From NCBI GenBank assembly GCA_964016885.1, contig OZ024757.1:38812001-38876000 (forward strand): 64,000 nt of DNA, in the 5' to 3' direction. Made by a program: the position numbers and the translations under genes. A model generated the notes under the pieces. That model did no database searches, was not told the DNA's origin, and saw only the letters and a list, made by a program, of their open reading frames with translations. Positions 27,239 to 41,564 of this stretch are shown here, piece after piece; positions within the stretch are counted from its first letter, which is position 1; the number at the start of each line of letters is the position of its first letter. The DNA comes from Eledone cirrhosa. Its lineage: Eukaryota.

Positions 27239-28051
27239 CAGATAGATATCTGTTTATATGAGTATAATTTATCGATATTTTGGTTCCATACCTATATTTC
27301 CTGGCTCCCATTCAGAATCGCCGGTCTCTATATAATCAAAATACATTTCTTCCGATTCTATCTTTCTAGCTTCCGCTGATCACAACATCACATGTTTTAT
27401 TTTGAATGTTGGACTATAAGAATCACGTATTCGTGACGGTAGAAACAAAATATATAAGAAAATATAAATATATATGCATTCATTTTAATATGAATAACCT
27501 CTATTTATTAACATGTCTGTTCATCTTCTCTAGCTTCAGATACCAATACATTATTCCTTCAAACTTTAATCTATAATCGTATTCATTGAGCTCGCCGTTA
27601 AAAACATATTCACAAACAAAATACTTTTGTTTATGCTTACTAACAAAATAGATATTCTTGTGATCAAGTATATTTTATTATACATATTTCAGAGGTACTG
27701 AGTTAAGTTCAACAGTACGTCCTCATCAGATAAAATAAGATAATGCATGACATACCCTGACATAGTAGATTGTTAAGATTTAGTCATTCTTTGATTTATT
27801 CATTGAACCTTGTTTAACTTTTAAATATATATGTGTGTGTGTGTGTGTATAGTATGGTTGTCTATGCGTATATAGTCGGTGTACCGGTTGAGCACTCTGT
27901 TCTGGACGTGTCACTAGACGTATCTGAGGAACTTGCGAATCCAGAGTCAGTTTCGATCCACAATTAGATCGCACTTCGAGCTGTTCGCCGGAGAAGCAAT
28001 TGTAATACGTAATAAATTGTTTTCTGATGAATCACTGATTCTTCGTTTTCC

Positions 28052-28093
<42 letters not shown>

Positions 28094-28096
28094 ATT

Positions 28097-28239
28097 ATTA
28101 CAACAGTGACATAAACAGGTACTCAAGTTTCGTTGGGTTATGGGCCATAATTTATTCAACCTATCATGAGGAAAATAAAAAACAAAGATGGCTCAGAACC
28201 CAACTAAACCTGAGTACCAGTTTATGTCACTGTTGTAAT
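28097..28239. repeat. 52-bp inverted repeat with 39-bp spacer
   Basis: ATTACAACAGTGACATAAAC...GCCAT (28097-28148) pairs with ATGGC...GTTTATGTCACTGTTGTAAT (28188-28239); about 5 mismatches. Confidence 0.9.
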
Positions 28240-28434
28240 TGTTTATACTAAACTCGTCCTATAGACTGACTGCTCTTATTCTTGGATATTTCCACTTAAC
28301 TTTTACTTCAGTATATATATATATATATATATATATAAGAGAATAGGAGCCCGTCGTCTGAGCTCTTGTCCATTCGATAGCAAATTCCAAATGAAAACTG
28401 GTAACATCCAGATTCTCTCTCTCTCTCTCTCTCG

Positions 28435-28558
28435 TATTCATTTTATTAAGGCTAAATAGGGAGTCTTGTTTCGTCTGTTTATCACAGCATCATGAGACAA
28501 GAACGATGTCTTGTCATTTTGTATGATGACTCCCTATTTAGCCTTAATAAAAGGAATA
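28435..28558. repeat. 31-bp inverted repeat with 62-bp spacer
   Basis: TATTCATTTTATTAAGGCTAAATAGGGAGTC / GACTCCCTATTTAGCCTTAATAAAAGGAATA; 1 mismatch. Confidence 0.9.
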
Positions 28559-28576
28559 TATATATATATATATGTA

Positions 28577-28609
<33 letters not shown>

Positions 28610-28999
28610 AACATTATGAGCTCGATGGATCCTATCACCTCTCCACGTATTAGCACACACCTGATATCTGCCAGCGAAGGAGTGGGGGGGGGGATAGATA
28701 GAGAGTGAATTTTGAAATATGTCAATGTGTCGAATTCCTTACATTTTGGACAATTGTTTCTGCTACTACTGCAGTGTCTAGTTAGTATTTTCTGCTTGGA
28801 TTAGAATACATTCAAAGTGTGACATTTTAAAATATTATTGTATGTACACACTCATCACACACACTCATCACACACACACACACACGTGTATATATTTTTA
28901 GAATGTGTGTGTAATATGTTAATAAGTGTGTGTATTTAAATCTTGGGAATATATATACAGAAATAAAATAACAAGGACGATTGATTACTCCTTCATTAA

Positions 29000-29100
29000 G
29001 TTTATTGGTTGGTGATGCGCGCTTCGCCACTAATCAGTTCAAGGTTCGATCTGTATCGACCTAGGCCGACCCTGTAATCCGCGGCTCGTTAGACCCCTTA
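29000..29100 (+). repeat. Interspersed repeat, second copy at about 6012-6105
   Basis: GCGCTTCGC...TCAAGGTT(C/T)GATCT.TATCGA.CT.G.CCGAC.CTG is present at both loci. Confidence 0.65.
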
Positions 29101-29530
29101 CACTCCCTGGATATATATATATTTAGATAGATAGATAATATATAATGTATGTAATTATCTATGAGCATATATCTATAAACATGTTATACATACACTCACA
29201 CGCACTCATGCATGTGTGTATATGTGCATATATATGTGTGTGTGTGTGTGTGTGCGTATTTATATATATACACACACACACACATTCTTTCATTACTTTA
29301 CACTGTACTATAAGCTCCATACTTCACAATCACAAAACGTTACTTATATATTTCCATCTACTTGCAGGATACCAAACAAACTGTGGACATCGGAAATTGC
29401 AACAATAGGATGATCGTCTTCTCCGTCTTCCATTCTTGAATGATATTACCATTATTTTCGTTTCTTGATTTATTTCTCGGAATACACGTAAATGGAGGTT
29501 ACGAACCAATGAAAGTGGAGCAAAGCTAAC

Positions 29531-29567
<37 letters not shown>

Positions 29568-30196
29568 TATAAAGAGCCCCCGAAAAATTTGTTTAAATAT
29601 CACACGAGATTGAATATAAAATAAGTAAATATATATTAAAGAGTAAAAAATTCCATATATATATATACATATGTAAGTGCATTTATATATTTATGTATTT
29701 ACACACGCAAAGATTTAAAAAAATGAAAATATGAAAAAGAAAAATATATACAGATAAAGTATATATATACATATATACTTTATATCTTCTCGTTGTCGTA
29801 CACTTTTACACACACGCACAAACGCATACACATACATTCTTTATATACATTCACACATATATACATATGTGTGCATTTGTATATTTAAACACACTAAAAT
29901 CTATTTATTTTTCGGATTTCTGAGATATCATTATTGATATTACTACTATTATTATCACTGTGATTACAATAATTATTCAAGTGCTGAAAATGATAATTAT
30001 AGTAACTACATAACGTTTTCGGATTATCTTAACACCATCATCATCATCGAAGTCACCAAAACAACCACTGTCACCGCCAACACCAACACCACCACCACCA
30101 AGATCAATGCCGCCGCCGTTGTCGTCGTCGTCGTCGTGAATACTATTACATTTCTTCTATACTATTTCCTAATTAATACTACCACTATTCTTCCTT

Positions 30197-30239
<43 letters not shown>

Positions 30240-31679
30240 AACACCTACCACTTCTATTATTTCTATTCTTCTTATTAACCAATTTCCTGATTATTAATAT
30301 TAAATTTGATATTAATAATTTTCGATTTCTATATACATCAATGACTATTATTACTGGAGTTTGGTATTACAATGCATTTAGTGAAGAAAACTTGAATGGC
30401 CTGCTGTGTTCAGTGAAATGCATTCACATCTTCCACTTATCTACAAAAGTAAAACTCTTCCCCTACACATTCTTCTATTTGTACATCTTTTTCAACTACT
30501 TTCTTTTCCTAAACAATTTTTACATCTTTTTTCCCCTGACATCTGCTCCATCCAAATTGAAATTTCTTTCATTTTTTCTTAAATTTTCCAGACACCACCC
30601 TACAGAAAATTATTTTTTAATAACCTCTATTGCTTCTATTCTGATATTTAATTCTTCAATTTTTCTTCAAATTTCTAAACATTATAAAATCAAACAAATC
30701 CGTTTTATCTCTTCCTCTTGCAGCGCTTCTTTCTTCGCACTTTTCTTCATATTCTCTACTAGTTCTTTTGTCTTCATCTTTAGAAAATGTAACTTCCTCA
30801 AAGCCACCACTATATCTATCACCAATGCTAACACAATCACCATCACCATCCCCCTAATCAACAGCAAATTACTTACAGGCATTTCCAAATTCACCAAATC
30901 CCAAAACTCATATCAAATCTTTTCTCTATACCACTTCCCATCTTTAGCCATCATATTTCCCTCTTTCTTATTTTTCTTGTTATTGTTGTTTTTGTTCTTG
31001 TTGTTCTCAAACCATAGAAATTTCTTCCCAGAATTTCTACAGTTTTCGTTACTAACTGATTGTATTAAATCGTCGTCTCACATTTTATTACAAAAACAAA
31101 AAGACAAGGAACTTGATAACAAACAACTAAATCTCGATTATATTAAATACGGCAGTCATCACCTGCATTGCCGCCAAAACCTCTGCCATCAACACCAACG
31201 CCACCACCAATAACAACAACGAAAACAAGAACAACACTATTGCAAAGACCTCCAAGACAAGCGCCAACAACACCACCACTACCAACCCTTCCATTACAAC
31301 CTCTACATAGACAACCACCAACACCACCACAACACTCCTTCCATTACAACCTCTACCAAGGCAACCACCACCACCACCAACACCAACAACAACACCACCG
31401 CCACCAAAACACCACCATCACGAACACCCCTGCCATTACAACCTATACCAAGACAACCACTAACATCACCAGCACCACCATTAAAACCAATTACAAGATC
31501 AACACCACCACCACACCTTTCATTGCAACCACTCCCAAGCTCAACAACAACAACACCACCACCACCAACATTACAACCAATTCCAATACCAGCAACAAGA
31601 ACAACATCAATACAAACACGATAATCTATACAACTACCAATTTAACTATAATTACTAGGCTTTCTGCGATAGTAACTGC

Positions 31680-33225
31680 TCTTACTACCACTACTACTAC
31701 CACTACTACTACTACCACTACTACTACTACCACTACTATTACTACTACTACTACTACCACTACTACCACTACTACTACCACTACCACTACTACTACTACC
31801 ACTACTACTACCACTACCACTACTACCACTACCACTACTACCACTACCACTACTACCACTACCACTACTACTACTACTACTACTACCACTACTATTACTA
31901 CTATTACTACTACTCACACCACCCCTTGCTGCCAACAATAACATCAATACTATAACCGTATAAACCACACAGGAACACAACTAACAGAACATTTATAACA
32001 ACGATCACAACTACTATATTAGTAGAAATAAATAGAACAGCATCACAACTACAGCCAGTGTAACTACTTCGTTGGTCAATACCAATGACCCTCACAACAA
32101 CCAATATAATAACATCAACTATCACATCAACACAACACCAACAACACAACACCAACAACACAACACAACACCAACAACACAACACAACACAACACTAACA
32201 ACGATCACGTCATCACAACTACTATATTGAACACACACAACACAACACTAACAACACTAACAACGATCACATCATCACAACTACTATATTGAACAACACA
32301 ACACAACACCAACAACACAACAACACCAACAACACAACACCAACAACACAACACAACACCAACACCAACACCAACACCAACAACACAACACCAACACCAA
32401 CAACACAACACCAACACCACAACACCAACACCAACAACACAACACCAACACCAACAACACAACACAACACCAACAACACAACACCAACAACACAACACCA
32501 ACAACACAACACCAACAACACAACACCAACAACACAACACCACAACACCAACACTAACAACACAACACCAACAACACAACACCAACAACACAACACCAAC
32601 AACACAACACCAACAACACAACACCAACAACACAACACCAACAACACAACACCAACAACACAACACCAACAACACAACACCAACAACACAACACCAACAA
32701 CACAACACCAACAACACAACACCACAACACCAACAACACAACACCAACAACACAACAACACAACACCACAACACCAACACCAACACTAACAACACTAACA
32801 ACGATCACGTCATCACAACTAAACACTGAAGTTCTCTGCAGTTGTGCTGCCGCTGACATCACTACTACCACTACCACCCATACTACTATTACTAACTCTA
32901 GTAACCATACTAGTACTATTACTGTAACTGCAACTAGCACTACTACTACTACTAACTCTCGAATCCCTACTAATACTACTTCTATATCTAGTATCCCTAC
33001 TAGTACTATTATAAACTACTACTACTATTATTACTACTACTATTATTACTACTACTACTACTATAAACTACTACTACTATTACTATAAACTACTACTACT
33101 ACTACTACTATAAACAACTACTACTACTATAAACAACTACTACTACTATAAACAACTACTACTACTATAAACTACTACAAACTACTACTACTACTATAAA
33201 CTACTACTACTACTATAAACTGCTG
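31680..33225. repeat. Compound (ACT/ACC)n, (CAA/CAC)n and (ACT)n-AAA simple-repeat block
   Basis: Seen directly. It includes a 16-bp AACACAACACCAACAA-type unit at 32130-32800. Confidence 0.95.
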
Positions 33226-33999
33226 CTGCTGGTTGCTGCTGCTAGCCTTGTTATTAGTTGTTGTTGTTCGGTTTACTGCTGCTTTTGCTGCTAGCCGTCG
33301 TTGTTGTTGTTGCTGCTGTTGTTGCTGTTTTCACAATTTTACTTGTTGTTCATATAGTTGCTCTCTCTTTCTCTCTCTCATGTCGATTCTTTCCTTTCTC
33401 TCTCGTTTCTATCGCTTTCATCGTTTCTCTCGTTTCTCCCGGTTCATCCTTACGTCCACATCATTGTTATCGCTAACGTTATTGTTGTAGTTGAATATTA
33501 TATATATATATTTCAGATTTTATCGCATCGTGCTTGTTGATATTGTTGCTGTTATCAACACAGTTACTTTCCCTATCCTGCTTATTATCATCATCATCAT
33601 CATATTAATAAAGACAAGCTATTTAATCAGATAAAGAGCAGGTCTCTATAAGAAACGTTCGTCCCTTTTCTATATCTATTTTGACGTTCTTTCACTCTTT
33701 GTCTACCCGAGACTATCATTCTATCTTGAAGTATCTTGGTCTGTGTATCAACCTCACCAACCTCCCGACCCTCTTCACGTCTACATCTTTATGTAGTTAG
33801 TCCTCTCTCTCCCACACACACGTACCACTATCTTTCCTCTAAACTATTTAGCTTTTTCTGTCTATGCATTGGTTCTATAATTTTCCTTATAATTTCTTCA
33901 GAGTACAGTATTAAATATATAGGATTATATACATATATAGTGTGGAACTAGCTATTGAAACGGCAAGAGTTCAGCCGTCGGGTCCAGACACGTTATAAT

Positions 34000-34046
<47 letters not shown>

Positions 34047-34396
34047 CATATATGTAAGAATAACGACATATTCAAAGAAATAATTAATAAAAGAATAGAG
34101 ACTATAAAACAATATTTCCAGACTAATAGGAATATTTATACATAGGCACACACATCGAAGCCGGTGTGAGAACGATTGCCTGTCTATATAGCAATTCTCT
34201 AGCCTGACTTTCTTGCAGTCATTCTTATATTCCTTCTCTCTCTCGTTCGATCTCTTTCGATCGCCTCTTTCTAACTGTCCATCTATTTATTTATCTGTCT
34301 ATCTATTTGTCTATATGTGTCTTTATTTTCATTGGAAACTACTAAACATGTAATTTCTGTCTTAATTCCATATATTCTTTAGCTTTATTATTATAC

Positions 34397-34443
<47 letters not shown>

Positions 34444-35870
34444 TATATATATATATATATATACATGAACATACTTATTAGTTCACAAATACAACAATCG
34501 TTTTGTGAACTGAAGCACACACACATACACTTAAACATTTAGCACCCTGCAAATAAAGCAAATACGCACACGCACACACACACACATACGCACGCACACA
34601 CACACATACACACACACACACACAGACACACACATACGCACACACATACAAACACATACACATATATATATCTTATCATCATCAAAATCATCGCCAATTT
34701 TTCTCTTCACATTCCCGACACTTTCGATCGCTTAAGTTTTGCTTCGTGTTTCTTGGTAAGATCGAAAAGAAAATAAACAACAAAAATAAAAATAATAACA
34801 ACAAAATTTCCTCGTCTTCCACTACGGAATACTTCCGATCAGGGACAACACTCTTCGACAACTGGTTCCTACCTTTCAATCGAACACACAAACATACAAG
34901 TATTTACTCACGGAAAGAGCATATTTTATCTTCTGAAAGCTAGTTGCTTCCCTGACAAATATCTCTCTATCTATCTCCTTCTATCTATCTCTCTCTCTCT
35001 CCCCCCTATATATACATATATATCATTCATTCTCTCTCACCGTTTTACATATGTATATATATATATGTATGCCGTTGGTTAAATAGCTATCTATCTATCT
35101 TTAATCTTTATATATATATACCTATATACATATATCCACTTCTCCCTTATTATCGCCCTATCTCTACCCCTCAACTCCTTCCCTCACTCTCTATTTTTGT
35201 GTCTTAGTTTTTTTCATTCATTTATTCAATCTATTTTGCTCGTTCACTGTTATATCCTCACCAAACCTTCAATCATCATTTGTTGACCTCTTTCAATTTG
35301 CCTCGCTAAATATTTTTTTTTTTTTTTCCTCTCGTCAACGTCTCTTAATTTTTTCTTTTCTTTTTTTTCTTTCTCCTCTGTAATATACATTCATTCTTTT
35401 CATTGCTTCTTCAAATATATCTTTATATATATATATATCGCTCTGCCTCTCTCTATCTTTCATTTGTTGTCTCTACCCAAGCGTTTCATCAATATCTCAA
35501 TTGTGATTTGAAAGCACACAACAACAACGACAACAACAAAATATTAATACTCATAAATAAATTTTAAATATATAAATATATATATATATAGAGAGATATA
35601 TATATACGCACCCGTAATTATTTTCTCTGTTGTTACATCCAGATTCCTTCTTGTTGTTGGAGTGGCTAGCGTTGTTTAGTGTTTGTTATAGCTATTAATA
35701 TTTACCACTTGTTAATGACGATTAAATCTTTCCTCATTACATTGGCTTCATTAATTAATTAATTCATCATTATTATTTTTGTCGTTATTATTACCTTATT
35801 ATTATTATTATTTCGGTGTTTTCCTTTGTCTTATATTCTTCATAGAACGTGTTACTCTTCTAAACCCAAC

Positions 35871-35920
<50 letters not shown>

Positions 35921-37848
35921 AACATAAATACAGACATATATAAATATATGCAGTGATATATATGATTTTACATGAAGTTATATAGATATATACATTGAGA
36001 TATATAGATATATACAGAAACAAATTAAAATATATACACACGAATCTTATTTTTAAAAAAATGTCTTCCAATTTTTGCTGATTTTACTTTCTCAATATTG
36101 TTATGTTTGTGTTATCTTCTTCTTGTTATTGTTATTGTAGTTGTTTCTGTTGTTCTTCAGCTTCGTTTTTCATCTTTCGATCTTAAAATCTCGTTCTTTA
36201 ACCACTTGTAACTTTTTAATTTTTTTTTTTACATCCATCTTTCGTGTACTTTTTCTCTTTCTAATTACATATCTGTCATCATCTACCCCCCCCTCCATCA
36301 ACCTCATCATCATCGGCATCATTATACAATAATAATATATATATAGAGTGTATCACTCTAGCCTTTCTGTATATATATCTATATCTCTATCTATCTATCT
36401 CAGTTGTTTCACCAAACATCAAGTTCCCTCGCTCCCCCTTAATCCCTATCTATCTATATATTCAGGTATTTACAGATACCTGTTTCGTATTGTTTAACTT
36501 TCTTCAACTTTATCAACCATTTTCCGTCATAACTAACTTATTCTCCACCTTTCTCTCTATCTATCTTTCTATCTATCTCTCTATCTATCTATCTATCTCT
36601 CTATTTGTGTGTTTGAATATTTGTCTGAATATCTATCTATCTATCTATCGATTGATTGATCTCTTTCTCTCTTTATCAATCAGTCCGTGGAATATTTTAC
36701 TGTCTTTATACCTGCCCATCAACTTCTCATAAACACCCCGGTATCCTCCACCCGCTCTCTCTCTCTCTCTACCTATATATATTCTCACCGTATGTGTGTG
36801 TATTTACGTGTCTGTGTTTATATGTAAACATACATACACACACACACACATAAATATATAATATACATATAAACACACACAAGCGTGCGCCTATATACCC
36901 ATTACATCCACACACATAAACATAAACACTTATATATACATATATATCTATATACATACACAGTATTTCAAGCATTCATTCATTCGTTTATACTTTCATT
37001 CATTCATTCATTATTTCATTCTTTTATTATCTCATAATACCTGGCTGTCTTTCTTCCTTTCTGCCCTCCATCCTTCCATCCATCCATTCATTCGGCATTC
37101 ATCGTCTGTCTTGATATTTTCTTGTCGTTTTTTTTTCTTTACAGCCACCACCACCACCACCACCACTACTACCACCACCGCCGCCATCATCTCTATATCT
37201 ATTATCATCAGCAATATCATTATCATCATCACCACTAACATTGTTTATCTATCGATATACCCTATCTTACTACACATTTCCCCGTAGCTACTTGATTCTC
37301 CTTTCTCTCTCCCCCTCACTTAGTATATCTATCTATCTATACCTTACCCCAGTATACCCGACCTATTTAACCCAACCACAACAATATATACTAACATACT
37401 CAACTTCCTCGATATATAACACTCTAACCCTTATTAGCTGCTTACTCTCTCTCTCTCTCTCTCTCTCTCCCTATTTAACACACACTTCCTCTTTCTCTGT
37501 TTGTCTGCCACTCTCTTTCTCTCTCTCTGTCGCTCTACAAATTCTGTCTACCCTTCTATCTCTCTCTCTCTCTCTCTCTCTTTCTCTCATTCTCGTGCTG
37601 TTTACAATTTTCTCTATCTGTCTATCTTACTCTCTGTCGCTCTACAACATTCTATCCGTCTACTTGCCTCACAGTCTGTCCATTTATCTCTCTGTCGCTC
37701 TACACAATTCTATTTATCTCCATAATACGCACACACACACACACACATACACACACATACACTCTCTCTCTCTTTCTGTCTCTGTCTCTCTTCCCCCTCC
37801 CCATCTTCTTCTATACACAAACGGATTGCCTTTCCTTCTTTCACATGT

Positions 37849-37951
37849 ATGATGACTCCAAGACACAACACAATTTTGGCGGTGACTTATCTCCTTTTAG
37901 GATTAACGTTCATACAATATGCACGATGTATTCCGGAATTGGTGCGTATAG
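37849..37951 (+). CDS. First coding exon of a probable ionotropic glutamate receptor (kainate/AMPA-type); signal peptide plus start of the amino-terminal domain
   Basis: ATG at 37849 gives MMTPRHNTILAVTYLLLGLTFIQYARC-IPELVRIG: basic n-region, hydrophobic h-region and A-x-C cleavage site, then a motif like the iGluR mature N-terminus (LPxVIRIG-GLF). The exon ends at G37951 with a consensus donor G|GTAAGT (phase 1). No downstream exon was recognised in the window. Confidence 0.75.
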
Positions 37952-38606
37952 GTAAGTGGAAGTCGTTCCTGTTCTTTTATTTATATTCTGATATTCTTTC
38001 TTTGCATTTCCTTGTGTTTTATACTGAGTGGAGATATACACACACTCATACACTACCATACACACACTGCACACTGTCATACACACACTGACACACTGTC
38101 ATACTGTCATACACACACTGTATACTGTTATACACACACTGGCATACTCTTATACACACTGACACACTGTCATACTCTTATACACACTGTCATGCTGTTA
38201 TACACACACTGTCATACTGTTATACACACACTGACACACTGTCATACTGTTATACACACACTGACACTGCCATACACACACTGTCATACTGTCATACTGT
38301 TATACCCACTGACACAGTCAAACACACACTGACACACTGTCAAACACACTGGTATACCTACTGACACACTGACACACTCTCATACGCACTCCCACACACA
38401 CTAACACACTCTCATGCACACACAATCACTGCCATACATAGATACTGGCACATACACATACCCACACACTGACACACTCACACTGAGACATCCATACACA
38501 CTCTGACACTGAGAATCACACACCCACATACAAACTGACACACATCCACACACACGCAGTCACTGACACACCCACTTACAGAGACCCTCATTCTCACAGC
38601 CCCATG

Positions 38607-38673
<67 letters not shown>

Positions 38674-38733
38674 GTGTGAATACAGACACAAGCATACACA
38701 TACACTGATACACTAAGATACAATCTCACACAC

Positions 38734-38769
<36 letters not shown>

Positions 38770-39039
38770 GCACTGACATACCCACACACTCAGACACATG
38801 CATATAAGGAAACAAACACAGGCACGAGTTGCTAGACATATGCGCACGCATATACAAACAGACACGCAACCACACGCACATCCACACACAATCACATCCA
38901 CACATACATCCAGCTACACACACACACACACACACACACATACATTTTTATAGGTGTGTGTGTAAGTACACATTCAGGAGCTCAGATGCATACATACCCA
39001 TATAGGCTCATGTACACACACACACACACACAGGCTCAT

Positions 39040-39075
<36 letters not shown>

Positions 39076-39700
39076 ACACATACACACATACACACACACA
39101 CACGTGTACACATACATGCATATTTAAATACAAACATACATACATTTAAATATACCTTGAGACAGTCGTATATACATAGAAACAAAAAAAAAAAATATAT
39201 ATATATATATCTGTACTCTACATAAAGCACTCTTCTTTCCTTTATCTTCTCTACGGAAACACATTATATAACAAACACACACACACACACACACGTGTGT
39301 GCGCGTGTGTATACACCTGCTTGCAGAAATCGTATGAAAATAGACAGCATACATAACTATATATGCCTACACAATTATATACACAAGCTTACAGGAATAT
39401 ACATACATAGAGCCGCATACATATATATTCACCAGTGTACACAAACAGACTTACACAGAACAGCATTACTGCTAAAACCATACACATAATACGTAAACAT
39501 ATATAAACATATATAAACATATATATATATATACTAATTCATACATAGACATATATAATGGCATACAAATACGTAGAGCACGAATACGTAGTTATGGTAT
39601 AACAACACTTGCCATGCAGCAAACAGACATACCGACTTAGACATGCTCGCAGCGTACTAACAGACATATAAATATATATATATATATATTTATATATGTA

Positions 39701-39734
<34 letters not shown>

Positions 39735-40454
39735 ATGTGTGTGTAGATACATGCACGCTGCACAACTTTATAAATGCACGTAAACATATTCAAATATTGC
39801 TGTGAATGGGGGAAGAAAAATATGATATGCAGAAATATATGTAACTTCAATACAACATACTCATGCACAATATTAGATTGGCAAACATATGTACAAACGT
39901 AGATACATACATACATACATACATACAAACATGTATACATATATATATATATATATATAAAGGTGTATATATTCAACACACATACAAAAGCTCAGACACA
40001 GTCCCAATGCAGCTCACATACAGAAAGACGTAAACACATACATATACACTCAGACATACACTGACATCTTCACATAGACACACATACTCTCTTACACACA
40101 TTCACACATTTTGCCAAATCGGGAACAATACATGGTTACTGGTTGTGTTAGTAAAGGCAACCAAATAACCCTCAAATCATACCCTACCATATTACAAATA
40201 GACGTAATCTATAAGGACGTGTTGGATTTCTTGTACAAAGAAAAACAAATAAAACTGGATTGTCATGGTTGGACTCCCTTTGATCAAAGGTGTGCAGAAT
40301 GAATTAGGGCTGACCTTGAACTAAATAACAGCAACATAAGCATACATCCTCGCGCCTACTTCATCTCACCCCTAGCTCCACACGTTATTGTAACACAGAC
40401 ACAAACATTATCACAATCACACACATTCTTACACACATTCTTACACACGTCACA

Positions 40455-40812
40455 TTGGCACACCCATTTGGTAGCTGTGACACACCCACTTGGTAGCTGT
40501 GGCACACCCATTTGGTAGCTGTGACACACCCACTTGGTAGCTGTGGCACACCCATTTGGTAGCTGTGACACACCCACTTGCTAGCTGTGATACATCCACT
40601 TGGTAGCTGTGACACATCCACTTGGTAGCTGAGGCACACCCACTTGGTAGCTGTGGCACACCCACTTGCTAGCTGTGACACATCCACTTGGTAGCTGTGG
40701 TACATCCACTTGGTAGCTGTGACACATCCACTTGGTAGCTGTGACACATCCACTTGGTAGCTGTGACACATCCACTTGGTAGCTGTGGCACATCCACTTG
40801 GTAGCTGTGACA
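40455..40812. repeat. 22-bp minisatellite, about 16 copies
   Basis: GTG(A/G)CACA(C/T)CCA(C/T)TTGGTAGCT in tandem with no spacers. Confidence 0.97.
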
Positions 40813-41564
40813 CAGACACAAATGATCGCAGTGACACTCACACTGACATTCACAGTCAGTCACAAACATTATCATAGTTAGAAGCATTATTATAGCCACA
40901 CATGCTGTCTCACAATAACACACTATCATTGTAACATAGATTATCATAGTAACACCCATCATCTTACCGTCACCTACACTCCCACATTGTCATACAACCA
41001 CAACCATTATTATACAGTCACACCCATTTCATTGTAACAAACAGTATCTTAGTCACACACATTTAATATTAACAAACAATATCATTGTAACAGACTGTGT
41101 TACAGTCTCTCACACACATTATCATACGATCACAACCATTATTTTACAGTCACACAGAGTATCTTAGTCACACATATTTAATATTAAGACATTATCATAG
41201 AGTAACATAGATTATTTCACAGATTACGCATTATCATACAGTGATACAGTTTATTTCGGAAATAACAAACATTATCAGACATAATACATGTTATCTGACG
41301 AGAATTCTCTTTATTACACTACCTCACATTATCACAGATTAATACACCTCACACAATAACCAACATTATCATATATTAATACGCATTATCAAACCCCAAA
41401 TTATCGTCGTCATACATGCCATTGTTTTGATTATAATTATTATTATTGTTATTGTAATTATTATCATTATTATTATTGCTGTTGTTGTTGCAGTTGTTTT
41501 TGTCAGCTTTTTGTATTGTAAACTGTTACAGTAATATTTTACTGTCGATTATGCTCATAATTTT

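Noticed and set aside
27700-27729. Hammerhead on the minus strand (CTGATGAGGAC...GAAC); other CTGATGA hits at 24872, 28024 and 57742
   Set aside because: No properly placed stem II plus GAAA.
40455-40812. Regular 22-bp repeats as a CRISPR-like array or repeat protein
   Set aside because: The units are contiguous with no unique spacers, 22 is not a multiple of 3, and the context is eukaryotic with no cas genes.
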